DNA from: Callorhinchus milii
Taxonomy: Eukaryota
Assembly (NCBI RefSeq): GCF_018977255.1
Contig: NW_024704749.1
Span: forward strand, 23,188,001 to 23,252,000
Direction: 5' to 3'
Length of the DNA stretch: 64,000 bases
The translations under genes were made by a program, and so were the position numbers. Shown here piece after piece: positions 50,682 to 64,000 of this stretch. Every line of letters begins with the position of its first letter. The stretch's first letter is position 1. Under the pieces are notes generated by a model, which was not told where the DNA came from, searched no databases, and saw only the letters and a program-made list of their open reading frames with translations.

Positions 50682-53600
50682 ATGACAGCAGGGGGAGCAG
50701 CTGATGATGAGATCCCACTGGGAGAGAGGAAGACTGTTACCGACTTTTGCTATCTACTTGATAAATCCAAGCAGCTCTTTAATGGCTTAAGGTCAGTGCA
50801 GTAATTCATGCTTTCCAGATCTCTTTTCAAAGAATATTTGGTATCCTTAGCTACAAACGTTTCAGTACATTGTAATAACATAGCAGTCACTCAACAGAAA
50901 TGTACTGTACACAAAACTATTGGCACAAGTCATTCCTGAATACTGAATTGGGAATTTCAGCATCTGGCTATTAGATATGGTATTACTGTACTGAATTGAA
51001 TGTTTGGTCCCCATAATCCTGCTTTTTGGTCATCTAGGTTTCTAACACACGCAAAAGGCCAGCATTGAATATAACCTTTTTATGCTCGGTATTAAAATTG
51101 GTAACCGAATCTGTTCTAAATTTGTGGGAGTAATATTATAAATCCTTTCTTGATTTTAATGTAATTTTAGCATCTTTTCACGTTGTTTAAACGTCAAGTG
51201 CTTCACAGGTTATAGGTCTTACTTCATTCAATACTGTAGTCCCACAAAAAACATCTCTTTTGAAATGATTCACTGCCATTTCGAAAATCACTTTAAAATA
51301 AGATTTTTTCATCCTTCATCTGGTTTCTTGCTTCAGATGTGCTTTGTTACTTTGGAGAGGAGCTGTTATACAATTTTCTTTCTTAGCAGCATTCTGACTA
51401 GGTGTATATTAATCTTCCTGTTGACTAGTGGAGATATTAATCTGTCTGTTAATGAATTGTATTCAAAGTGTCAATGCTAAAATAATGATACTTTATAACC
51501 ATTGGAGAGATAACTATTCCATAGTTTGGACCAGGTGTAATACTCTGTTTCCTAACCTTCTCCAAATCTAATCTCTTCAATATCATGGCTGAGGCTGATT
51601 ACTGAGCACTGTTAATCACTTACTATAGCAAGAAAATCTGGCCATTAACTGCTTATCAAGCCTCTGAAGGGAGATTCATTATCTGTTTCTCAATCATTGG
51701 CTGATTGGTTCATTTCTCTTGTTTTATACTTATGATAGACAAGTTGGATCAGTTATTGCCTTAAAGCATCTTCTACCAGATAATGGGTAGAAGGATGGAT
51801 TAATTGAGTCATACCTTCATAGAATTATACAGCACAGAAGGAGGCCATTCGGCCCCTCATGTCTGTGCTGGCTCTTTGAAAAGAGCTACCAAATCAATCC
51901 TACTCCACTGCTCTCTTCCCATAGCCTTGCAAACGTGTCCTCCCCAAATATCTATCTACTTCTCTCTTGAAAGTTATTATCAAATTGGCTTCCACCACCC
52001 TTTCAGGCAATGCATTCCAGATCCGAACAACTCGTTGTGTGAATTTTTTTTCCCTCACCCTCCCTTTGTTTCTTTTAACAATGTTTTAAATCGGTATCCT
52101 CGGGTTACTGACCCACCCACCAGTGGAAATAGTTTCTCCTTGTTCACCGTATCGAATCCCCTGATCATTTTGAAAACTTCTATTAAGTCTCCTCTTAACC
52201 TTCTCTGCTCCAAGGAGAATAATCCTCGCTTCTCTAGCCTCTCCCAATAACTGAAGTCCCCCATTTCTGGTACCATCCTGGTAAATCTCCTTTGCATCCT
52301 CTCCAGTGCCTTGACATTCTTCCTAAAGTGTGGAGCCCAGAACTGAACACAATCTCTAGCTGAGGACTAACCAGTGTTTTATAAAAGTTCATCATAACTT
52401 CCTGACTTTTGTATTCTGTGCCCCTATTTATAAAGCCTAGTATCCTGTATGCTTTTATAACAGCTTTATCTACCTGTCCGGCCACCTTCAAAGATTTACT
52501 TATATGAACCCTTAGGTCTCTCTATTCTTTAATCCCCTTTAAGATTGTACCATCTAGCTTTTATATATATATATATATATATATTCCGCCATCTAGCTTA
52601 TATGTAGGTTTGCCAATAAAAATGTATAGGTCACAACTTGTAGAATAACAGATGAGAAGCTTATCAATGAAGTCAGAATTGAGTCTTAATTTCACAAAGA
52701 GGTTCAAAATTTTCCACCAAGGCCAGGTATGCTTGTTGCTAGAATGTGGAGAGAATGAATTTTAAGGATCCATCTATGATTTGTTTTGGGACCAGATCAG
52801 TTTGATGTTGGATACCAATGTGCATTCAAAACATACATGACTAGAACCAGCTCTGTCCACTTTCCTCACAGTCATCCCTCAAAGCAATGTTGATCAGATG
52901 TCTGATATGTTTTGCTTAAAATTGAGTACCATCCATTGGCAGAAACCATATTGATCCATTCAAACATTTTTCTCCTATGTTTTGTGAGGTGCTTGTTCAA
53001 CACTGAAGCATCCCAGAATGATTGGATTATTGCATCTCCTTCAGCAAAGTTATAAAATTACTACCATAAAAGTGTTGTGTTTTTAAATCAGTTTTATTTA
53101 AAAGGTATTGCCAAAGTTCTATGTTAAAATCCATACATTTTTAATCAATGAAATAAAGAGACATTGTTCTCACAGGGCAAGCTCATTGACTTGATGCACC
53201 TCACAGTGCAAGATGCACTGTAGCAAGGAATTGGAAGCAAAAGTGATTGTCAACAAACTCACTGATTTGCTTAATATCTCGTGCAAAATCTCAGTCCAAT
53301 AAGCAGTTTAATCATATTCTAATCGGGTGATCTTCTTGGAAATCCAAAGGGAGATGTACCTTTTCTTCAGGGGCTTGTGCAATTAAACAAGTAATTTGTT
53401 TTGATGCTATGCGATTAGAATAAATAATAATCCTTGCATTTGATAAAGCGCCTTATCATGTTGTTGAGGCATTTCAAAGCGCTTCACAGAATACTGTATA
53501 TTGTAAAGTGGAGAGATTGTGTATTTTGTGGACAAAACGCAGCAGACAATTACGCACAGCAGTGTCCCACAAACTTGCATTTATATAGCGCTCCTCATGC

Positions 53601-56600
53601 AGGATTGAGTGACCAATTTTTTTTGGAAGGTTTATTATCCCCGGAAAGCGATCCGCCAATCGACTATCAACTGGGTTCTTACTTACTGTTAGGTAAACAG
53701 GTGTGTGGAGCAACAACACTTACCTAAGGTTTACTGTAAATAGGATGTAGTGTGCCAGTAGCAGAACAAATGTTCCATAATGTTTTGAAACAACACCTCA
53801 CAAAAATGGTTTCCTACAGATGGATTAAGTTTACTGCTGTTAGAAGAAACTTCTATATTTTTGCAGTTACGAAAAGCTTGTTTTTGTGAAGAAAATACAA
53901 TGCAAAGTAGATTATATAGGGGTATGGAATATGTCAACTAAAGGGCAGATACGAGCCAGCACAAACACAATTGGCCTCCTTCCGTGCTGTAAATTTCTAT
54001 GGTTCTATTGTGTTGGTAATGATTCAGTAGTATATACAGATTTGTTTATTACTGCATGCTGTGATACCATTAAAGGTGGTTTGCAACGTGTAGTGGAGTG
54101 TTGTGTGGTTGGCATGTGAATGCAAATAAATAGTTGAATCACCAAAGCGTGAAACTGCAGCTGCTCTTGAATGGTGGAAGCAAGGCTACAGCTACTAATG
54201 TGAGATCAGTGCTGCATTAATTTCTTTCAAACATTGATAGCAACAACAACAACTTGCATTTATGCAGCCCCCATGCAGGTTAGGATCCCACAGCGCTTGA
54301 CAGTGGCGGAGCATGACGCTGAGCTGGGGGGAGGTGACCGTAGGCACGATTGATCAGGAAGGTCGTTGGGTGCAACTTGAAGATGGGGAAGGAAGGGGCA
54401 AGGCTTGGAGGGATATAGGAAGAGTGTTCCAGAGTTTTGGGGCTTAGTGGCTGAAAGTGAGACACTGATGGTGGAACAGAGGCTGATATCTTAATATGCA
54501 AAACCTGGATATTTGAAGAATGGAATTAATAAGATTGAGAGATTTATGCCTTGTTTACACTGTGGAAGTGAAGCAGCATCATGTGTGTTGTGGATTCTGC
54601 AAGTGTACTTTGAATATGTACCCTTGGTTCATCTTGTCCTCCTGAGCTTCACTCATGTCTATGGGGAGAAGTATGTGAAATATAATATATATAAGTGATT
54701 AATTCTGTGCATTAATCTGAATAAACCAAGTTAGAAAAAGTGCACTGCATTACAATGGCCAGTAATTTGTCTTTTGAATCACTATTGTTAAGTGTCGGGT
54801 CAGCTGCACTGCTCTGATAAAGACAAGAGAAGTAAATGAGAGCAACAGAGATAAAGAAAAATGCCCTTAGGCTTTTGTGTTGATCTAAAGTATAGACGAC
54901 TGCTGCACCCTTTAACGACATATACTGTCCAGGGTCATTCATTAAAGCATTCACACTATGTCAATCTCTGACAAATAAGACGTGAACAGTGGTCTGCAGT
55001 GGATTTGTTGAAATGTAAGCTCTCTAAAGCCGAACCCAGTACATTTTTAAGAATGAAACGAATATTAGCCACTAAAAACATGATCACCTGTACTTTTACA
55101 TATCTTAGCTATGGATATTTGAGGTAGAAACAGTTTTGCAGGGAAATCAAAGCTAGTAAATAGTTCTTGGAAGTCCCATTATAGAACCTTGTAATAAAAT
55201 CTAATTACATTATGGGCTCAAATTCTGCTGTGGACATAAGTTTAATTTAATCGGCATAGAAGTCAAATACTGCACACATTCTTTTATGAAATATATAGCC
55301 AGCATCACCAACTGTAATGCAGTGCATAATATTTATTTCCATTCCACCACTGTTTGAGCTCCAGATTAATCTTTCGGTCACCAGTATCGCAATTTGTGGT
55401 GGTTTATCAGACAAGAACGGGAGCTTCCGCAGTGTGAATCTGATCCTGCTGAAATAACTCTGGAAATCCTGGAATGCAATATTCCTGCAGTGCAATCTAG
55501 CCAAGTCCCTGCTACTGTTCAAATTCATCGATCCACTCCCTGACACCTCCGTACCTCTCCCGACCTCCTCACTCCCAATCCACCACCTGATGCCTCGACT
55601 GGTACCGGCCTCCTGCTTGTCCCTCACGCCCTTTGCTCCACCATTGGAGGTTGTACTTTCAGCCACTACATGCCGAAACTCTGGAACACTCTCCCTCAAT
55701 CTCTCCGCCTTGTCCCCTCTCTCCCCTTTTTCAAGTCCCATCTGAAAACCTTCCTTTTTTTCAAAAAACTCACATTGGATCCTAGATGTTTATGTTTCAC
55801 ATCTGTTGCTTTAAGTGACTAAAGAGTTCCAGTTCAGCTTTCACTTTTTCGACTTCTAACTACACTATAGGTTTATATGATGGAATACCCAGTAATTATT
55901 TGTATTGGCTAATTCGAGGTTGTGGTTTTGCAGAAAGGGTTTCCATGCCATGTGATATTCAGTGTATTTACTGGACTGATGAACACCTTTCATACTATTG
56001 TGGAGGCAAACTTGTTCAATACAACTGCATATATAAGGTATAAAATTTATCAGATTTTTTGTCTTTGTTTTCAAAGAAAATGTACAGTCTGCATATTGCA
56101 CTGAGTGTTGTGTAGGCAGCTGTACAAATTAAACAATGAGTTGAAAATCGTACGTTTTTGGTAAATTGAGATGAGGGAGGAATAGTGGTCACAACATTTT
56201 AGTATTAGGCTAGGATTCTCTACTGTGTAAACCTATTCTTGAATATTAGAATCTTCCAATTTCTTTCATTTTAATAGTAATGTGCTCATTTGATTTCATT
56301 AAAACATTAATACATTTGGAAATGAAAAATAGCCAAACTGCAGTTCAGAGTGACTTAATGATCAAGATTAAAAGTAGTGCTCTCATTGAATGTTCGATGA
56401 TTCACCTTTCACTGAATAATTTATTTTTCTACATTTAGACCTATTTTATAACTGTTGTCACCTAACTAAATTCCCTTCAAATTATTTCAAAAAGTAAGGT
56501 TTGGAGAAATTAAACTTTTTGAACGAAATTTTTTTTAATAGAGAAGACCTATTTCACTGAATTACTTCAATTACATACGCATTAAAAATTTACTTCCTTA

Positions 56601-59600
56601 AATATCACAGGGATGAACCGAACTTGATGTAAAAACAGGCCCTGGTACAGTACAGTCTCTCTCTCTCTCTCGACACTCAGACGCGCACACGCGCACTCAG
56701 AAACAGGAGAGACACACATGCACATTCACACAGAGACATTCATAAACACATACACGTACAGAAGAGACACACACAGACGTACTCACACAGAGAAACTGAC
56801 AAACAGACACATTTACAGAGGAGAGAGACACACACACTCACAACAGACACGCTGTCAGAGGAGAGAGACACTTATACGGACTCACAAACATACAGAGGAG
56901 AGACACACTCGCAGAGATATTTGCAACAGAGAGAGAGAGACACACACACGCATAGAGACATTCACAAACACACACACACTCACACTTATAGAGAGAGAGA
57001 CAGACAATCACAACAGCAGGGTCTCCGAGTGAAGCGAAGCCCATTTCCCGAAAGCACATCCGGAGCCACCCTGCCTACAGTTGCGTTGGATAAATGGTCC
57101 CGGCCTGAAACTTAATTTGTAGCGGGTTTATTGCAGAAGGCACTGTTTTATGGCAGATTCCACAGGAACATTGCAGCCGCACTTTTCCATTGGTGAACTT
57201 ATTGTCTCGGCTGATGATCCTGTACACTGCTGGGGCACTGTTTGAGGTGCTGTCCTTTGGATGAGACATAAAACTGTGGAGTTCCATCTGTCCCTGTTCA
57301 GATAGATTGTCAAGATCTCATGCACTATTTGAAAAGAGAAGGGAGTTTCCCCCCAATATTCTGGCCAACAATCCCCAGATAAAATCAGTTATTCACTTCA
57401 TAGCTGTTTGTGGTATATTATGCAAATTGACTGCTGCATTTGCTACAAAATAGTCACTAAGCTTTACAAGAAATCCTGTGCGGTGCATTAAGATGACCAG
57501 GAACTTGCTAAAATGAAAGCGTTGAAATCCATTCAAAGATCTTCCAATGAAAGACGTGGCGCAACGTGCCATGGAAGAAAATAGACAGTTGATTTTATGA
57601 TTATTCTATAATGTTGTCAACCAAAGCTAGTAACGTGACAAAACATTGTTGTGATGACTAAAATTGCAATTTATTTTAGAAATATGAGCTTTGTCCTACT
57701 TCTCTGATGCAAAGACACAAGACCAAACACAAATGCAACACAATGGGTGGAAGAGGCCTGTAATACAGTATATTCATCACAAAGATGCCCTTGCCAGATG
57801 TGAAATACAAGGTCATTTTGCTGATGGGCTATCATCAGACAGGATTTAATTTCATTCCACGGTCCATTAATTTCCCATCTTTGCAGTCAGTAATAATATC
57901 CACATGATATATATAGTGACAGACTGAAAAGAGAACAAACCAATAACTTTAAAATAAAAGGCTAGGTCAGCAGCATTGTGGCAGTACAAAAGTCTTTCTT
58001 TAGTAATGTTAATGAAATATTAAAAAATAGACAATTGAATTTGTTTTCTCTTTTTTCTCTGTCGCTTTTCCCCCATCCATCCCCATCAATATCTTTTGGT
58101 CGCTTTATGTTCCGTTATTGAGTTTTCTCCATTCTCCATCCTCTCTTCCTGTATTTCCAGTGCCACAAGCTTGTTTTGATGCTGTTTGTAAAACTGTAAT
58201 TGGTGGTTTTGCTGGAAATGAGAAAGATATTGTTATTGGACACCAATCAAACAAGACGATTGAGTATTTCTGGTTAAGCCTTTTGGGCAGTGCACCTTTG
58301 TACGCTACATTTGAATACTAAGTGATGAACAAATGAACAGTGTGGATACAGCAGCACAGGGCATTGCAGCTTCAATGTGCTGAACGAGAGAGTAGGAAGA
58401 AGTACGCACTTTGCACCTAGTACTCAACTATAGCGTATCAACTGAACCACATCATATCCTACATGCCACATCGTATACTGCTTACTGGCTGAGTGTTCCC
58501 TTCCTGCTCAGCTAATATGAAACCTGCAGACCAAGGAAAGCAGAATTACACAGTATTTTTGTAAAGTCTTCCCAGTTTTTTTAATAAAATGAGAAGTGAT
58601 GTTACTTGCCTAATGTAGGCTGGCTTCCAGTCAGTTGTGTGAAGCACTTTGAGACTCCTCACAATGCCAGAAAAATGTAAATTGTCGTTTACTAAGTGCT
58701 TAGTTGTACATTTCGGCAGCAGAAACCAGTTGGGACAAAAAAATTCTTGTGAAAAGTCGTGTTTGCAACAAACGTATAAAATCTTAACTAATCATTTGTA
58801 GGCTACCACTAGTCCAATTACAGTAAGTTTTAGCAAGAAAGTAGCAGCTCACACGGTTTTCATCTGACACCTCCAGACGCGCACACAACGTACCTTCCAG
58901 CAAGCATCACAGGTTAGTGATTCAGGGATCTTGGTTGATCTATTTAACCGCTTTGAGATGTCTAGAAGATATGAAAGGCGCTATTGTCAAATGCAAGGAT
59001 TATTATTATTTCCCCCCCCCCATCGAATTCAATAATAGCATTCCAAAATTGCTAAAGCAGCACACACAAGGATTCAAACCTGCATCCTTCCAATACTTGG
59101 GCCATCAGAGCTCCTGATGAAATTCTTAAGTATTAAACCTGGCTCAATGTTAGCTTGCTTGTCATGTCTGATAAAAGTGCTGTATACTATTTTAATATAA
59201 TGCATTTATTCAGAAATGTTACATATTTAAATATGCAATGATTTTGAAATGAATTTTATAATTGTCATGATTTTAAAGTTTCCAAGTTGCAAGGTTGATT
59301 TTAGATAACATTTTCTGTGTTTTGCAGAACAATGTTGTATTTAATCTATTGAGTTGATTAAAGAATATACCATGAGTTTTGGCTTGTAATATTGGCATGT
59401 CTACGTTAGTGAGTCAGTGGTGCCCTTGGTTATTCCTCTGAGCTATTTCAATGCCGTTGTTTCTTTGATTCCTTAACAGTTTATTTTACACATTGCCAGC
59501 CTGGATTTCATGATCTACACTGCTGCTGCTGTCTTACTCACTGTTCTTATAGGTAAACATTGCTCTTTGTTTCTGCAGGGATTTACCTCAATATGGACAG

Positions 59601-62600
59601 AAGCAATGGCAGTCATATTTTGGACGCACTTTTGATGTATATACCAAGCTCTGGAAATTCCAACAGCAGCACAGGTTGGGAAAAATGCTCTTATTTGTTG
59701 TACAAATAAACAAAATTATTTTGTTCCTATACCTAAGACTGTAATTCAGTTTCAGTAAGCAATTTTAATCCATGTAAAATGCAGATATCACTCTGTCTAG
59801 AAATTCAGACTTTGCATCTCGTTATTACTGGTATGGCTTTGATTTGGTATTTAGTGACCAGCAATGTACACTTTGAATAATCTTTATGAATACTTTTTAA
59901 AGTAAACTATAGATAAAACTATAGAGAATGAAACTGGATGCATGATAACTGAGCTATGTGGGCATTAAAATTTGTGTGAAAAATGCACTTTTCCCTTCTG
60001 CTCAGTAGTTCAGAAATATAGTCCCACGTGTAAAAATAACTTGATCATCTAATACAGTCTATTCATTTAGGATATTTGTTTGTCTATCTCTGTTTAACAC
60101 AGGCAAATTCTGGACAATCGATATGGCCTGAAGCGATGGCAGATTGGAGAAATTGCTTCCAAAATAGGACAGCTCTACTACCATTATTAGTAAGTTCAAT
60201 CTTGGACTGATCAAAATTAATTAGAGGTGGACCATTTAAATCTAAGGTATTTGATGAGTGGCTTCCTTTAAAGGGCAGAGTAATGTGTGCAGGCTCTGTT
60301 TGCTATAAATTTCCTTTTGAATAATTTTACTTAGTAACCTCCCTTTCTGATACAGCAGTTTTTCCTTCCTCTGTTGCTCTGTTTAGCCTTCGTACTTCTG
60401 AGACAAGTTATTTGAATGAGGCATTTTCCTTCTACTCTGCAATAAGACAAAGGGCCTATTACTCACAGGTCACTAAGGAAGATAGGTATGATGATCTATT
60501 TTTCAATTTTGACTTGTTTTGCATTTGTAACTACAATAATTCAGTACATAGGCATAACCCAGTTATGGGGGAATTATAAATCAAATGTTTTGAATATAGA
60601 AATTTTTAATTTTCAAAATATATTTAGTATTTCAACTAATGCTCTTGAAATGATTGCAGGAAAATTAAAAAAAGTATGTTTAAAAAAGGAAACATTGCAA
60701 ATGTTCATGTTTGTTTACTTTATATACATTTACTGATAACACAACAGAGGGCAACCAAAATGATTGAGGGAATGGAAGTACTGCACTATAACGAGCGACC
60801 AAGTAGATTGGGCATGTTCACACTGGAAAAGGGACGATTGAGAGGCGACATGATTGATGGGATTCTAAAGGGGCAAAACAATATAGATCATGGCAGGCTA
60901 TTTCAACTTGTCCAGGATAGTAAAACCAGAGGACACGGCCTGTAATTGAAGGGGGGGGGGGTAAATTCAGAACGAATCTACACAAACACTATTTCAGTGA
61001 GTGAAGAGTGAACCTGTGGGAGATGGTTGAAGCAGGAAGTATTGATTCTCAACCACAGATTTTAGGAAATAACATTATGGGATATAGTACATGAGTAGTT
61101 TGGGACATATGTGCATGCGACCTCCAGGAAGGTGGAAGGTGAACTAGATAAACCTGGTCTTTTTCATCTAGCATTTCTTATGTTCTTATGTAACATTGAG
61201 TTTTCAGGCATCTTTAATGTGATTTGGGTTTGTTTGGTCTTTCTCTTCCCCCCCTCCTCCCAGGCCAGAGCTGGTTGTTAAAAAACTCCGGTATTATGCA
61301 CGTTACATAGTGGTTTGCCTTCTCCTTAACAAGATGGAACTGGTAAAAGATATAGTGAAGGTATGGCATTTATGAGATTTTGTTTTTATTACGACAAAAC
61401 TATGGTAGGAACTTTCAATTAGTATCATTAGTGATACAATGGCTAATCTCCACTTTTTACTATTTTTCTGTTGAGTGCAAAGCAGAGTAGTCCGTCAGCT
61501 GAACCAGGGCTGTCATTCCTGCATTTGTCTGAGTGGATGTGGCAGAGGTTGTTTTTAGTGCTCGCCTCCTCCCGATTGAGATCAGCTGTAGACTGGATAG
61601 TCACACTTCAGGGCCTTCTATTCTGGATGTCTCAGCGACTCATTGGATAAACCCTGACTCTAGTTCTCGACTTAAAACAATGCTTTTATAAAATTAGATT
61701 TTAATGATATGATCATTTTCTCAACTACTCTCAACATTCGTGTTATTTATCTATTAGTTTTACTGTTTATTAATTACTTTTACTTATAATCCTCTCTTGC
61801 CATTTAAAATGGGAAAATGTAGTTCTCTGACCAACACTGAAGTAGTTTTTAATTTTAACAGGAGCTATCAGATGAAATTGATGACTATACACACCGTTTC
61901 AACTCTGAGGACCAACTGGAATGGAATCTGGTGCTGCAGGAGGTGTCTTCATTTATTGAGGTCTGTTTATTAGTTAACTAAGGCACTGGCAAAGTTAGAA
62001 CTTGAATTTGTACATCAATTGACCATCTCAAAGTGGTTTACAGGCAATTACTGTCCAGTATAGCAACTACATTTATTGGTAAAACCAAGATTTCACAAAC
62101 CGCAACAAAGTGAATGAGCAATTAGTCTAGAGGATTTGATTTGACCAGCCAAGTAAGTGTCTGATGCATTTGGAAACCCATCACCACGATCACCACATTG
62201 CTGCTTAATACTAAACTTTTAAAAGTGATATTTAACCCATGAAATCACATTCAACATCTTTTTCTGCCAATGGTACCCACAGGTTCGGTCTGCGAAAGGA
62301 TTTCCTCTCAATCACTGTCTGACAATCACTCAGATGCAGAGGTTTAACAGATGACCTGACAATGCTTAAGCAATTGGTTTCTTCTGAGCTGTGCAAAGTG
62401 GCAGGATAACTTTAAGGTTGTCAGTCACTTTTACATCACAGACTGGGATTATTCTGAAATGTGAAAGTTTGGGATCATCTCATCAATGATCTATTATGGG
62501 TGACATATAGAGTAATTAAAACAAATAATTGTTCCATTTTTTAAAAAAATCCCCAACAAAAGCGCATCTAGCTCAGAACATTTTCTAGTTATATGATGAG

Positions 62601-64000
62601 TAAACATTTGTAGTTTAACTTGCAAATATGATTATTTTAATTGTCAGTCTATTGTACAAAATAAGGACTGAATTTCATAATAGATTTATCACTGTTATTT
62701 CAACTTTGTTTGCTGCAGAGTTTTAAATCCTGGTTATTCCTGTGCTATAAATGTTAATGACACACTCTTTTACGATAATAATAATACTTGCATTTGATAT
62801 AGTGCCTTATCACGTCTTCAAGACGTCTCAAAACGCTTTACAGAATATACTGTAAAGTGAATTGATTGTATATTTTGTGGGCAAAACGTGGCAGCAAATT
62901 GCACACAGCAGTGTCCACAAATAGTCATGGATGGAGTGAACAATTCATTTTATTTTTAAAGGAATTATTACCCCCGGAAAAGCAATCCACAATCGACTAA
63001 CAAATGGGTTCCTACTTACTGCTAGGTAAACGGAGGCGGAGTAAGGAAATTGTTGCCCAACGTTTCACCCTGCCGGGAATTGAACCCAGGTCCTTCGCTT
63101 GTGAAGCGAGTGTTCTAATCACTGAGCTATAGGACTCCACAATTGTGGGAACTGAAATGGTAAATGGAGGCCAGGGGTATTCCTGCAGAGAGTGATTGAG
63201 GGAAACATTAGGTACACATCAGTGCCTTACATAGACTATGGACTACTTATTGATGACTATTGGGGTTGGGATTTTTGTTATGCTGAAATAAAGTTGTATC
63301 AAGTAGAAATGCTTATTATCTTTGGTGTACAGGCAGACCCTGTGTTGATTTTCACTGAGGAAAACACCCTTTTTATCACTTCAAATCGACTATCGGAAGG
63401 AACAGTCCCACCACTTGAACTCGGGATGATAGCTGGTCAGTTGGCATTAGCGGATGCATTGATCATTGGAAACTGCACCAATCAGGTACATCAATTGATG
63501 TCTTGCATCTGTTATTAAGTGCATTATATTGCTGATCTAATTTGCAAAGTAACTTCATAGTTTGTGTGGTAAAGTTACTGTTGGATTCAATGTATCTGCA
63601 GCCTCTTAACCTTTCCCACTCCCCAAACTCTTTCCAATATGACTGAAACTTCCCTGGAAAGTGTGACTAATTTTAAATTGGTCAGTTATACAAATTATTG
63701 ATTAACGCATGTCATTGAAGTGAATTTAAAATAGCAATTTATATAATGATTTAGGAATAGCGATATATCACAGAATCCATGTTCTACAATGTTGTACTTT
63801 GAATTACATGAAACTCACGTTTTATGTTTAGATTCAGAAGTAGTGTAACAAAATTGAGTGTTAAGTTATGCTTTTGTGCTCAATTCTATAATCTCACAGA
63901 TTCATAGATTTATTTTAATTTTTTAGGTGAAATTCAGTGAATTGACCATAGATATGTTCAGAATGCTGCAGGCATTGGAAAGGGAACCCATTAACTTGGC
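50682..64000 (+). CDS. SCAI: Protein SCAI (suppressor of cancer cell invasion), 5' portion; continues beyond window
   Basis: Exons 50682-50791, 59579-59674, 60103-60189, 60387-60485, 61264-61360, 61862-61960, 63333-63485, 63927->64000, all GT-AG and in frame. They give [124 protein letters not shown]. Confidence 0.97.
51820..52560 (-). mobile_element. CR1 LINE 3' fragment
   Basis: [42 protein letters not shown]. Confidence 0.9.
53420..53712 (-). mobile_element. Deu-SINE fragment (long subfamily)
   Basis: AATAATAATCCTTGCATTTGATA tail and Deu core. Confidence 0.8.
56656..57012. repeat. Degenerate (CA)/(GA) low-complexity tract
   Basis: Runs of CACACA and GAGAGA. Confidence 0.85.
60740..61190 (+). 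mobile_element. CR1 LINE 3' fragment
   Basis: [38 protein letters not shown] and the tail TTCTTATGTTCTTATG. Confidence 0.85.
62775..63139 (-). mobile_element. Full-length tRNA-headed Deu-SINE (long subfamily)
   Basis: (TAA)n tail through to CACTGAGCTATAGGACTCC head. Confidence 0.88.

Noticed and set aside
52549-52600. CCATCTAGCTT duplicated around a (TA)n tract
   Set aside because: Real but trivial micro-insertion at a CR1 end, with no evidence of function.

Overview
Vertebrate genomic DNA. The repeat content (CR1, L2, tRNA/Deu-type SINEs, Penelope-derived palindromes) suggests a cartilaginous fish, which is an inference. The window holds the block syntenic to human 9q33.3: HSPA5/BiP (+, complete, 653 aa, C-terminal KDEL, ERSE/TATA promoter), RABEPK (-, complete, 374 aa), PPP6C (+, complete, 305 aa; bidirectional promoter shared with RABEPK) and the 5' part of SCAI (+, runs off the right end). 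The most notable observations are: (1) two intact internal GAPVD1 exons stranded on the minus strand between a CpG-island promoter (~2.7-3.2 kb) and the HSPA5 promoter, with no room for their upstream exons; (2) two minimal type-I hammerhead ribozyme motifs inside palindromic Penelope-like remnants; (3) a 39-bp minisatellite whose monomer is also dispersed elsewhere in the window; (4) C-rich VNTRs just after first-exon donors; (5) a 17-bp duplication of the PPP6C exon 1 donor. Gene identities come from my recollection of the vertebrate orthologue proteins, not from a database search. Repeat boundaries are approximate.
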